From positions 101,283,265-101,347,264 of the forward strand of contig NC_068983.1 in the NCBI RefSeq assembly GCF_001194135.2: a stretch of 64,000 bases of DNA, written 5' to 3'. A model generated the notes under the pieces. That model was not told where the DNA came from. It saw only the letters and a program-made list of their open reading frames with translations, and ran no database searches. Each line of letters opens with the position of its first letter. Positions within the stretch are counted from its first letter, which is position 1. Positions 38,331 to 50,625 of this stretch are shown piece by piece. The position numbers were made by a program, and so were the translations under genes. The stretch comes from Octopus bimaculoides. Its lineage: Eukaryota.

Positions 38331-39122
38331 ATGTATAAAATTTATGAACCATTATTATGTTGTTCAGAGAAACTTTGAAGAAAGGAAATACCTGTATAGT
38401 ATGTTTATACTATAAGGAGTTTTATATTACAGATTATATAAGAGTAAATACACTTACATTTGTCTGTATTAAGAGCATGCATTCAAACTGGAAAATATCA
38501 TACATCAGAACAGTGGTGTTTTGATCATTGAACAGAAAATAATGGGCATATTTATCAAATACAATGTGTAGAGGGTTAAGTAAGGTTCTCCGAATTTAAA
38601 GATCAATCAAATATCCTATGTAAGAGGGAGATAACAGTACAAGAAGAATTAATGTAGTTATTTGGAAAGATTGAGAATAAGTGATTAATGTGAATAAGAG
38701 AAGCAATATTTTGGAAATGCGAAGACAGGAGAAAGGTCAAATCTAATTTTAATGCTCTAGAATTTTCCTAGAAGTTGAATTACTTCTTAATAACAAACTG
38801 ACAGCTTCTTTCCTTCTTTTCTATTTTTCACCTTTCTTTTTATCTCTTTTTCCCTCTTTCCTATTCATTTTCTTTCTTTCTTTGCTTTTCTGTCTTCTTA
38901 CTGATTTTATACGAGTTTTGGAGTTTAGTAGTACAACATCAAATGAATATATGGTAGTATTTTTAAATGTCACAAAATTGTGTGAGTAAAGTTAAAAGAT
39001 GTGTTATTGGAATTAATAAATGTGTTATTTAGAATACATGTTTGAAATTTGTCTCAAGTAGAAAAGAAAGTCTATGTTGTGATTGAGGCAATAATGTTTT
39101 GCTGCAGTTTAATGTATTTGAA

Positions 39123-39313
39123 CCCTTTAGCTTATTTATTCACACTGTTTCAAATCAATCATGCATTTTCTCATTGCTTTTGAATTTTGATGACATGATT
39201 GTACTTTTTAAACTGACATACTGGGATAAATATGAAGGGCTAGGTTTAGTTGGTTTTGACCTAAAACATGTAAAATATTTAGGCTGGATTTGGCCAGTTT
39301 CATGGCTAAAGAG
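39123..39313. mobile_element. piggyBac-like MITE
   Basis: CCCTTTAGC...GCTAAAGAG followed by TTAA. Confidence 0.6.
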
Positions 39314-39989
39314 TTAAACCCTTTTACCATGAAAATAATGACACTTTTTTACAAAATAGCATACCCAACTTTGTCAATACATTATCTTGGATAGTCAGAA
39401 ATTTCCCATCAAATTGCCCACAAAGACCTGTTTCTCTTGGTTTCATAATGTCTTCATTTTTATCTTTGCAAACATTGTCTTATTATTACAATACAAAAGG
39501 GTTTAGGTATTCTAGCTAGGTAGTATAATTTCATTACTTGCTGTGGGAGTAGTATAGATTGTTGAAACAGTCACTGTATAGGTTAGATATAATCATTAAT
39601 GCTGCTGCCAATTGTTTTAGCAATGCTGTGACACTTGCTAGCTGTAACAGAATTTTGTAGTTCAATATTGTTTCTGTATATGAAGCAGCTGCATTCTCTA
39701 TCATGAATTATGCCCTCATAACTGCTATATTAGAATTATACTGTTATACAGAGCTAGAATAATAATTTCTATAATACTTTCTCTAGAGTCCCCTGGCTTT
39801 CATCACATTTATTGCAAATGTTAAAAACAATTTGATATTAACAACTGCTAATATTTGCAGACATGAATATTTGAACAGTAGTAGTAGTGCTAACAATCTA
39901 TTGTATCCAAGCATATACCATGTATGTGTGTATGTGTGCATATATGTATGTATGAATGTGCATGTATATGTGTGTGTATTCTTATGTGT

Positions 39990-40350
39990 TTCATTTTACA
40001 TTTGTTTTTTTTCATCCTTGCATGTGTTGGATGTAGCACCTTGGGCAAGTTATTTTTACTATAGCCTTGGGCTGAGCAAAGCCTTGTGAGTGGATTTGGT
40101 AGACGGAAACTGAAAGAAGCCTGTTGAATATATGTATTTATATTTTGTGTGTGTCTGTGTTTGTCTGTGTTCCTTCCACTTGACAACTGGTTTAGGTATG
40201 TTTAAGTCCTCATAACTTAGCAGTTTGACAAAAGAGACTATTAGAATGAGTAGGCTTTTTAAAAATAAGTGCTGGGATCAATACAGTCAACTAAAAATTC
40301 TTCATGCGGTATCCTTGCATGGCTGCAATACAACGACTAAAACAAAAGAT
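39990..40350 (+). mobile_element. SINE family A
   Basis: GCACCTTGGGCAAG..GCCTTGTGAGTGGATTTGGTAGACGGAAACTGAAAGAAGCC plus tail. Confidence 0.85.
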
Positions 40351-40562
40351 AAAATATAAAATATGTTGAGACTTTTTTTTTCAACCAAATGCTTTTCCTG
40401 TCTCTAGCATCTATCTGTTTTTCAAGTCTTATTCCATACAACTTCAAAAGCACAAAGCATAGTTTGTTGACTGGTGAGACTGATAACACAACGTGCTGTA
40501 CTTCTGTACAAATACACGTGTGCAAACACACACACAAACACACACAACAAATCTTCTTTCAG

Positions 40563-40618
<56 letters not shown>

Positions 40619-40629
40619 TATACATACAG

Positions 40630-40979
40630 TGAATGCACATGGCTCAATGGTTAGACTGTTGGGCTCACAATCATGAGGTAGTGAGTTTGATTCCAAAACT
40701 GGGCTGTGTGTTGTGTTCTTGAGTAAGACACTTTATTTCATGTTGCTCCAGTTCACTCAGCTGAAGAAATGAATTGTGACATCACTGGTGCCAAGCTGTA
40801 TTATTGGCCTTTGCCTTTCCCTTGGATAACATCAATGGCATGGAGTGGGGAGTGGGGAGCCTGTTATGCATGAGTGACTGTTAGTCTTCCATTAACAACC
40901 TTCCTCAGATTTGTGCCTCGGAGGGGAACTTTCTAGGTGCATCCCATGGTCATTCATGACCAAAGGGGGGTCTTCACCC

Positions 40980-40982
<3 letters not shown>
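40630..40982 (+). mobile_element. SINE family D
   Basis: GGCTCAATGGTTAG..GAGTTTGATTCC..TTGTGTTCTTGAGTAAGACAC. Confidence 0.8.
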
Positions 40983-41025
<43 letters not shown>

Positions 41026-42489
41026 ATACATATATAGTCTTGTGTATTATATAATACCATACTTAATACTGCATAGAATGGGATTCTCTTGTCAGGCCTC
41101 TGGTATGAAATGTTAGCTAATTAGGTTAAGTCTCTTGATTTAGACTGTCAAAGTTGCAATATTGCTTTGGTGTAGTGGTTAGCACAGCTATACAGTTTAC
41201 AGCAGATACAGAGTTCAAATCTTGCTGGTAATGTTACAACTTCTTTCTGTCTTCTATATTATGCATATGTTTGTATGTACATATATATGTGTGTGTGTGT
41301 CTCTGTCTGTCTGTTTATATATTTATTATTTATTGTAACAGTCTACCAACTTAGAAAAAGGAAGGTTTCTCTTGCAATCAATAACTGCAATATCACTGTT
41401 AAATAGATCTACTGTTCTATTAATTTTCATTTCACTTCTATGCCTATTTTATATGTGTTAAGAATTAAGATAATGCACAGTTTAATTACTCTTACTTGCA
41501 ATTTTAAATTACTATAATCTATTTTGCTTTTAGTTTTCATCACACTTCTAGAAAGGTATTAATTCCATGGTGTTGTTTTTGTTTAGCCCTAGGCCAGATT
41601 TTATGAATCAGATCTATAACCATACATACCATCTGTTTTTCAGAATTACTGCATCTAATTGCTAGATTATTCAATGTCATTTAAGAGAAGCTGCTCTTTT
41701 GAGCAGATCATTCCATCATGTAGAGGCTTCCTTTTGCTTCGATATTGTCTGTGATAATTACCTTCACTTTTACCAATTTCACAAGTACATATTTTCAGCC
41801 ATTATTTTATTATTTGTATTCATTAATTGTTTTTGTTTTCTTTTAATGGGGTGGGGTAAGATATAGACTTCATTAAAAAATTATCATAATCTGTCTTTAT
41901 AAAGGATGTGTTCAACCAATCTTATTTTAAATTGCTTAATTTGATTTATTGATTTAAAATATTCTGAAATATATTCTTTATAATTAAGAATCTTCAATTA
42001 TCCTAATTTTGACTTATATATTGATAAGACTACACAGATATTTAAAAAAAAGAATCAATAATATTGTCTTGCTATATGCAGTTGGAGAAAATTAGTCTTT
42101 TAAAATCCTTATAGCTCTTTGTTTATTTATTTATTTTTACATATTGATTTTTGTTGGCAATCTAATTACTGTTATGCGTTATCTGTTATAATCTATGAAC
42201 TCAAAGACTTTCCCGTATTCAAACAGAATTGCCAAGACAGACGAGATAATATTATTATGAAAAGTGAACCATGAATAATATTGCTGCGTGACTTTGTTTA
42301 TATTACTTGCTTGGTGTCAGAATTTGAAATTTCTCTGTAATTTTAGTATTCACTCTATCTCCCTTATGTGAGTCACATCTACCACTCTTGCCATTATCTA
42401 TCTTTACTCTTCCCCACCATCACACTACACTTGCTGTTTCTTACTCAATCCCATTATCAACTTGCAGCTATCTCTTATTATCCTCAACC

Positions 42490-42659
42490 CAGTGTTGTCT
42501 TAAGGCATGGGCAGATTGGGCAGTTGCCCATGGTGGCTCATGAGTCTAGGGACACAATTCTGGTTTATGTATGCTATGGTTTACTGTCAGTAAATAAATA
42601 CTTTAGGGGCCAGTTTACTGATTTGCCCAGGGGTCTATAATGCTTCTAAGCCAGCCCTG
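42490..42659. mobile_element. hAT-like MITE, decayed
   Basis: CAGTGTTGTCTTA / TAAGCCAGCCCTG imperfect TIRs; TSD degraded. Confidence 0.5.
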
Positions 42660-43009
42660 CTAACACCCCATTATCATTTCTCCATCACCTCCATACTCAT
42701 ACTATCCTTTCATTCTCTTGGTTATCACTCATTCAGGGTAGGAGGGAACCAGGTACAATAGTTAGTATAGGCTTTGTATGGGTGGACCAAAATAGGTGAT
42801 GGAAGGAGAAAGAAGAGAGGTGAGTGAATTGCAGGTGTCTGAGTGAAGGTAACATATGACTATAGCCAGCTCTAAAGTGCAGTAGCCATTGTATTTCTTT
42901 GCTTCAAGAAAGCAGAAAGAAGATATAGCACATTATGGACCAGGAGTTGAAGTGTGAGTGAGCAATTTCATATCAATCAAATGGCTTTTCTTTGGATATT
43001 ATTTTAGAG

Positions 43010-43194
43010 CATGGTTTCCTAACCAGGGGTTCTTGCACTCCTTGGGGATGTGAGCAGAGCTGGATTTATAGGGGATCAAAGAGGGCAATTGCCCCGGACA
43101 CCTTTATTTTTATATAAATTATTATGTTAAGGGGTGCAAGAGCATGTTAAAGTTTTTAGGGATGCAGAGCATAAAAAAAGGTTGGGAACCACTG
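43010..43194. mobile_element. hAT (Charlie-like) MITE
   Basis: CATGGTTTCCTAACC / GGTTGGGAACCACTG TIRs; 8-bp TSD TTTTAGAG / TTCTAGAG. Confidence 0.8.
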
Positions 43195-43702
43195 TTCTAG
43201 AGTGTCTATATGTAAAACTGTAGCACCATCCCACCTAACCTAAGCTATGTAGAAGGTTAGTAGATTTGGAGGGGTTGCACTATTTCCTGACTCTGAAGAG
43301 GAAGTCAGTGTTTGTGATACAATGTTTGCTATGTTGGAGATGTGCATTTGCTTGGAGGCCTAACATTTGAAGTGATTATGGGATGGGGTTCCTAATTGCA
43401 TGTTTTTCTTGTTTAGGGGTAAAATGGGCTAAGATGCACTAATATTTTTATGATACAGGCTGTAACTCTGTTTTTAGATGCAGAAGATTAAAGAGGAGTG
43501 AAAGTTGGTTTCATCTGAATAGGATTGGTGTTGTTGGAGCTTAACAACAAGGAGGTCATTGATGTATAAGAGGAAGAACATAGTTTAGAGAGGGACAAAA
43601 TTAAATTAGCATATTATTTTATAATTAAGATCTAAACTGTTAATATATGAATGTGAAAGAGATAGTTGAATAACCATAAACCTACTTTTGGGCCACTCTG
43701 TA

Positions 43703-43753
<51 letters not shown>

Positions 43754-44765
43754 TTGACTGAGTCAGTGTCTCTAATTCTCTGAGTATATAGGTTTTCTGT
43801 CATAGAGTGTGCTGGTGGAGAGAAAATAAATGTTATAAACTGTTATAAACACTAGACATATATATATATATATGTGTGTGTGTGTGTATACGTGTGTGTA
43901 ATCCCTGGTTTGAAAAAACAGAAAATAGTCTCTCATTTTTCTGATATTTCTATTTGGATAAAACATTGCTATAACTTTCAAAAGTTTTGTATATCGCATA
44001 ATAGATTTGGGTATTACATAAATTGGGACTTAAGATTTGTTTAGTAGATATGAAGATATATATATATGAGTAATTAGTACAATGGTTCCGCTTAGCTGTA
44101 AAGTTGGAATATCTTTAAATTGCTGTAAATGGAAAATAGGAAAAGGTATCAATAATTTGTTTAGAATCATAAGTAAGGTAGATTTTTTTTTCTTTGTTTA
44201 GCAATTATGCCAGGCAAAATAGTACACCTTCATATTTATGTTATTTAGGTCACTTGGATAAAATGATCCAGTTCAAATCTTCATCTTTTCCATCTCCTGA
44301 ATTTATTACAAAAATGTTTGAAAAATGTAAATTATATTCTTCTTTAAATGAATCTCTTGACGAATAGCCAATAATGATTCCATGATAGTTATTGTCAATT
44401 ATGTATTGGAAAGATACAAGTAGTAAGGATAATATGATTTCTCAATAAAAATATGAGCATTCAGCTGTAAGAATGCACTATCATAGAGAAAAATTAATAT
44501 AAATATGCTTCCACTTCTGTTTCAACCTTAGTTAACCTCTAACTATTGATTTTTTTTTTTGTGGTGGGGAGGGTCATCATTAAAAGTTTGACTACACTGC
44601 CTCTGTTAGAAATATGCGAAGAAAAAAATTATTTTCAAATTTAAATTATATGAATTATTGGTTGTAATAACTATGAATTCAGTAAACTACCACTTCTAAC
44701 TTCTGCCAAACTATAAATAATGATATGGTATTATTATTATTGTTTTTCTTTCTTTCTTTTTTCAG

Positions 44766-44894
44766 CAGAGCAATAAAATTGACCCAAATGGGCACCATTT
44801 TTCACATTCTTCATTTAAAACTTATTCTAAAATTGGTAATAATGCTCCAAAGACATATGAAGCATCGCAATCTGTTACCACAGCACCAGGAGGT
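44766..44894 (+). CDS. MLF: MLF exon 3 (QSNKIDPNGHHFSHSSFKTYSKIGNNAPKTYEASQSVTTAPGG)
   Basis: Long T-rich acceptor TTTCAG, GTAAGT donor at 44895, 129 nt in frame; matches the Mlf1IP-domain pattern DPN.H.FS.SS..TYS...PK.Y.A....APGG. Confidence 0.95.
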
Positions 44895-44919
44895 GTAAGT
44901 ATATTTTTACACTCACGTG

Positions 44920-44950
<31 letters not shown>

Positions 44951-44999
44951 ACTTCCTGACTTTACCCCTAATCTCGTACCTGTTTCTATATTATTATAT

Positions 45000-45300
45000 T
45001 TTTTCTCATATACTATTCTCATGTATTTTTTCATGTAATACTTTCATGCACATTTCCACTCAACACTAGCTAACCACCTTTACCCCCACACTGCTTACGC
45101 ACCTCTCTCTATGCCCATCTTACACATGTACCTTCCTATACATGTACACAGTATCCCACCTCTTCCTAACTTCTCTTCATAGGGCAACATTTTTTCCTCT
45201 TCTCTCCTTTCCTCCTCTGATGAAGGACTAACATCTGAAAGACCCTTTCCTTTATTTCTTGTTTTTACTCATTATCATATATACACACATGCACACCTTC
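45000..45300 (+). mobile_element. Penelope-like terminal-repeat remnant with a decayed hammerhead core
   Basis: Pyrimidine-rich run followed by CTGATGAAGGACTAACATCTGAAA at 45217-45240. Confidence 0.45.
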
Positions 45301-46248
45301 TCCCCATATATATATATGTAGTGTTTTAATGTTAAATAGTAACATGAAAGATAGATCAATGGAGTAGATCTGCAATGGTTGGCAAGGAAATAGCTGAGTA
45401 TTGTCAAGTAAATATGATCATTAATTTACAAGGAAAATTGAATTCATATGTGTTGACAAAATAATTGAGTATATAAGGAAATTGTTTGACATCTGCAGAA
45501 GAGATGGCATATATTAGCTTGGTTATGTAATAGAAATTGATAAAACCTTCTGAGTGGAAAGCTGCAAACTTATCATCACATGAGGTTATACAGTAAAAAT
45601 ATATCAAGGAAGATTTACAAGTAAATGATTAGGTTTATTTAGACTATTAGGCTTCACAAATGAAATAATTTTTTAAAATTTGAGAAACATGACAAACTGC
45701 TCAGCTGCAAATCCATCCAACCCTGCATAAAACAAAACTGAATAATTAAACAATATTGATGATGAAGTATCCTACTGGTAGAGTTGATAATGGATCAGCT
45801 TCTTTGGTGAATTGTTTTACATTCCACTCTATGTGCTTAGGCAAACAATGAACTCTGTTAGTTTTACATAACTGTGAATTAGAACCACTGAAGCTCATTG
45901 TTATAGTGTTGATTATACCTTTTAATTAACAAATAGTTGATTAGTTTATAGTATGATATTTAAATCATTCTATAGCTATCCTTGGTTTGCTAAAGTATAA
46001 ATGTTAGGACTTCAGTTAAAGGGACCTTCAGGGATTGAGGTGGCTCATTCACACATAAACCTTGTGGTGATTTTTTTTGTGCCTACTTGCACATTAAAAT
46101 CATACAGAGACAGCAGTTAGTTTCATGTTTGATCTTGTTAACCATCATAACATTGTGTGCAAATGCATATACAAATGTCAAACACTTGTAATTTTAAGGC
46201 TGGTTCTGTGGTTGTGAAGTTACTAGAAATTAATAACTTATATTTTCC

Positions 46249-46988
46249 GGATCTTTCTGAATTGACGAGCACCACTTGTTTTCTTAACAAAACACTTTCA
46301 AACTTGGGATACTGGTAGAACGTGTCATATAAAACATCTTTTTCTCTTAGCCTTCTTAACAAAAATTTCTACATCGCAAGTTATTTCATGTTAAAGTTGT
46401 CGTATTTCTGTAATTTCAACCAATCACTGACGTCTATTCAGCTGAATACAGTTACTGCTGTTTTTGTAAACAATAATTTTTGCCGGTGTCATAATCGTTA
46501 TTCCCTAGTAAGGGTTTAGGGTTAGGGTTCGGCTTTTAGAGTTAGGGTTCAGGTTTTAGCGTTAGGTTATGGCAAAAATAATCATAACCCTAACACTAAC
46601 CCTAACTCTAAAACCCAAACCCTAACCCTAAAACCCTAAAGCTTAAACCAGTACAAATGCATGAACGATGTTATAAATAACAGTACCACCGATAGTTGTT
46701 GACAAACAACAGCACTAATTTTATTCAAGGGAAAAGATCCCATTACACCGCTAGAATATGTTGTTTATATTTCATAGCAGTAATTGTTTTCACCTCAATA
46801 GACATCAGTGGTTGGTTGAAATTACTGAAATACGACAATTTTTTACATGAAATAACTTTGAATACAAAAATTTTTATCTGTTCTATAACACAAAATATAC
46901 AAGTATACGAAGTTTGAAAGTGTTTCGGTACCAAAAACACTACATGAAACATAAATGAAAAGTGGTGCTCGTCAATTCAGAAAGATCC
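46249..46988. mobile_element. Non-autonomous DNA transposon, Merlin-like, with a telomeric palindrome core
   Basis: Perfect 29-bp TIR GGATCTTTCTGAATTGACGAGCACCACTT; perfect 8-bp TSD TATTTTCC (46241-48, 46989-96). Confidence 0.88.
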
Positions 46989-47230
46989 TATTTTCCTTCC
47001 TTCAGTTCATTTCTCAATGTTCTAGTCATTAAAGTTAAAAGAAAAAGAAACAGTAAATAACTCTAAATAATTGAAAGTAAATATATAGAATTTATTGTAG
47101 TAGAAGATACCAGGAAATGTTACTACACTTTGTTAGTAACTTTTGCAATAGTAGGTTCTAATATATATCATAAATTAGATCATCAGTAGCTCATATATCT
47201 GAAAAAGAAGCACATTCTAAAACAGAGCAG

Positions 47231-47348
47231 TAATATATTTTTTAAGAAGCTGATTGTTATGGCTGGTCAGAGAGTGACTGTTGGTTTTGCAACTATAAAG
47301 CGCTTAGCCATATAGGCCATAACAATCAACTTCCTAAAAAATATATTA
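47231..47348. repeat. 33-bp inverted repeat (31/33 match) with a 52-nt spacer
   Basis: TAATATATTTTTTAAGAAGCTGATTGTTATGGC / GCCATAACAATCAACTTCCTAAAAAATATATTA. Confidence 0.9.
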
Positions 47349-48262
47349 TAAATTATATACAGTACATGAAGTGTTTTACTGTTATTGCTCATTAGCATAT
47401 ATGGAAAAGTAGAAACCTGTATTTCTTAATTAGGTTATACCTACAACTGAAGATAGTTAAAAAAATGTTTAAAGAGCCTCTCAGTGTAATCCAATTATTA
47501 TCTAGAGTCATTTGGTCTAGCAAACCATTACTTTTGTAACTACCTTTTGTGCATATGTAGCTACAATTGCACATTGTGTTTTGTTAAGTGGTGTTCAAGT
47601 GACTGGAATAATCCCAAACTCTAATTAAATCTGGCAACCTTTAGCAGCCTTTAATTAATGTATTGGAAGAACTTGCGTGCAAGAATTTACTCCTTCTCCC
47701 GGTACTGACGGCTTACGTCATATTATTTTTAGAAGAGCTGCATATTTAAAGAAAGCTGTCTGAAAAGATGTGGTTGAGATATTAGAAAATGAAACAACCT
47801 AAGTACAATAATATGTGGCTAATCTGATTTAATTTTAGTTGAAAAGATTATTTTTTAATATCTAAATAAGTAATTTACATTGTTAATGCTTAACTGCCTC
47901 CAAAAGTTTTTTTTTTTTTCATATAAAAAGTGAACCTACATGATCCTAAGATTGAGTCTCTATCCAGTTGCTCAACTTGTTAGAAACAATAGCCAAATCT
48001 ACCTCAAATCACATCCATCTTTCTTGAAAATAGAAGGAAATGTGTGTGTATCTAGTATACATTATACCTTAAAAAGAAGACAGGTTGATCACAGCTTCAT
48101 TACTTATGATTCATAGGTCTACTGAAGCAGGCCTAAGCAAAGGCTAAGCAACAACATTGTCTTTATAAAATGTTATACTATTAAATAATTGACATCTATA
48201 AATAATAGAAATCTGTAAAATTTAACTGGACTTATGGATGCTTTTGTCTATTGCTATTTTAG

Positions 48263-48419
48263 CTGAAACAAACATATAAATTTGTTCGGGATTCTGAAAG
48301 GGGTTATGATAAAATGGCTGTTGGACGACATATCAAGGACAGAGCATTCATAGAAGAAAGAAGCAGAAATACAACAGGCTTAATGGAAAGAAACAACCAT
48401 TATGTTAATATGGATGAAG
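48263..48419 (+). CDS. MLF: MLF exon 4 (LKQTYKFVRDSERGYDKMAVGRHIKDRAFIEERSRNTTGLMERNNHYVNMDE-G)
   Basis: TTTTAG acceptor, GTAAGT donor at 48420; matches the MLF core VRDS..G..KM..G.HI.DR. Confidence 0.95.
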
Positions 48420-48461
48420 GTAAGTAGTTTTGAGGAATGTTGCAAAAAACTATTTCTTATT

Positions 48462-48496
<35 letters not shown>

Positions 48497-48759
48497 ATGT
48501 CCGCAACTCTTGTTCAACCTATATGAATAACAGTTGCATACCATATAAACAACTCCATTGTTTTTGAGAATTTTAATAATTATGTTCTGGAAAAGTTTTT
48601 AAGGTTGCTCATTAAATTTTTTTAAATAAAATATCTGCTATCATGTCGATAATTTTACATTGTTTATTTTTCTTTCATGCTAGATAAATTTGTTGTACTA
48701 CTTGTAAAACAGCATCTATTTTTTGACTTTTTTTTTTTAATATAAAAATTATATTTATG

Positions 48760-49127
48760 AAATATTGTTATATTTTGGGATGGACATTTTTTTCTTTTTG
48801 CCAAATAAACACACTATATACTTGTTCTTCACTTCATCTTTATTATTGTTCTTATTTTAGTGTCCTTTGTCAGAAATCTTTCATCACGCATCCTATGACC
48901 TCATCAGCTACTCTCCATCCCACGTGTCTCCTCTTGTCCTGTTTAGTCCAGACTAAACAGGACTGGAGAAGACGTGGGATAGAGAAAGAAAAGATTTCAG
49001 ACAAAGGACACTAAAATAAGAACAATAATAAAGCTAAAGTGAAGAACAAGTGTATCGTGCATGTTTTTACTTGATAAAACAAAAAGAATAAAAAATAAAT
49101 GACCATCCCCCAAATATAACAATATTT
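48760..49127. mobile_element. ~370-bp fold-back palindrome (MITE-like)
   Basis: Centre GTCCTGTTTAGTC-CA-GACTAAACAGGAC; arms CTTTATTATTGTTCTTATTTTAGTGTCCTTTGTC / GACAAAGGACACTAAAATAAGAACAATAATAAAG. Confidence 0.85.
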
Positions 49128-50024
49128 GTTTCAACATTCAACACACAATTTCACATCAAGAATCTTGCAAAACAAATATATGAATGTAATTTATGAAATA
49201 TCTTATATATTTAACTGAAATTGTGTTGACTGAAAAACCATCAATATAACTATCAGAAATATCCTTAATGCAATATATAATCAGTCCATCATTGTTTGTG
49301 TTTCCTTTTCCATGTTTGCATGGGATGGACAAGGTTTGTGGGTGTGAGACAGTAGTTTAGGCTGAATTCTCTTCCTGATGCAAACCTTTGTTTTTAGTCA
49401 AAGTACTTTGTCTCACTGGAATTCACCCATTGACACCAAGCTGTAGGACCTTTAAGTGAATTATATCCACACTGTCCCCAGTTAGACTAAGTGAAAATGA
49501 GAATTTGAACTCAGAATGTGAAAATGGATGAAATACCACTAAGCAAATATGCTGACTTACACTATGGAATTTCCACAGGTTCTGCTAGTTAATGATTAAT
49601 ACTGAATGCTAACCTTCAATCACTGAATCCAGCTTGGACTAATTTTGTGAACAATCTTGTGTACTTTTTTAGTAGGGTGTTGCGAGATAAATTATTCATG
49701 GTACTTTTAATTGATAGTTACTATTTAAAATTAGTGTTATTTCACAATTAATGTTTGAAACTAAACTTTTAGGGATGTTTCTATTACAATATCTATGGTC
49801 ACAAGAAATTACAACTTGTTGAATGTGAAGGTTAAATATTTGTCAGTAAAGGCTTTTCTGAAGAATTTTTATTCATCTGAAGTAAATATGTGAATGTATA
49901 TATTACACTCAGTAGACACCCTTAGTTTTATATAATAATGGTTTAGTTTCTTGATTTTATTATTCAATTAACATTGAAGTTGAGTTTTTAAGGCCAGTTC
50001 TCTTCAACACCCCTACCTTTATAA

Positions 50025-50229
50025 CCCTTTAGCATTTATATTGGCTATATATACCTGTTTTATATTCAATGGTGAAATCCAGCCTCTCACACCTACCCTA
50101 CAATATCATTCTAAACATAATCATACCATTGAAATCTCAAAGCTACAAGATAATGCATGATTAATTCAAAATGATGTGAATAAATAAGCATTGCATATGA
50201 CAGATTTGAATAATCTGAATACTAAAGAG
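50025..50229. mobile_element. piggyBac-like MITE
   Basis: (A)TAA-CCCTTTAGCATT...AATACTAAAGAG-TTAA. Confidence 0.65.
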
Positions 50230-50282
50230 TTAAACTATGAATTGCCACAGAGTCTATTGACCTAAGCTATGAAATAAAGGGC

Positions 50283-50560
50283 TTCTTCTTCTTGGTCACA
50301 CTGCTTTTACAGATTGCCATGAATCTCTGTTACCATCCAATTCCATTATTATGAATTTGGACTGGGAGCTTGAGTCATAGTGAATCGTTATCTGATTACA
50401 CAACCATGGGTGCCACCCCTATGGCTGTGTTGCAGTTATTCTCTTGGTAGAGCTTGGTGATCCTGACTGTTGATCTTCTAGGATTCCTCCACTCAGTATC
50501 AATGTAAGCTCAGTTGAGCTCTTCTGCTACCTCTTCACAAAATGAAAGGGCTTCTCCCTA
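50283..50560 (-). mobile_element. Decayed RTE-like 3' end
   Basis: Minus strand ends ...GATTCATGGCAATCTGTAAAAGCAGTGTGACCAAGAAGAAGAAG; weak. Confidence 0.35.
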
Positions 50561-50625
50561 AACCTTATGTCCTTTGGCAACCATTTAAAAATTACTTTTT
50601 CATTATATATTCTTTCCTTTCATAG

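Noticed and set aside
39832-40676. CV/HT/YI-repeat ORFs (also 37962-38186, 43606-43999, 50796-51195)
   Set aside because: Translations of (CA)n/(TA)n microsatellites.
46509-46640. Chromosome end-to-end fusion site
   Set aside because: It lies inside a TIR- and TSD-bounded element within an intact gene intron.
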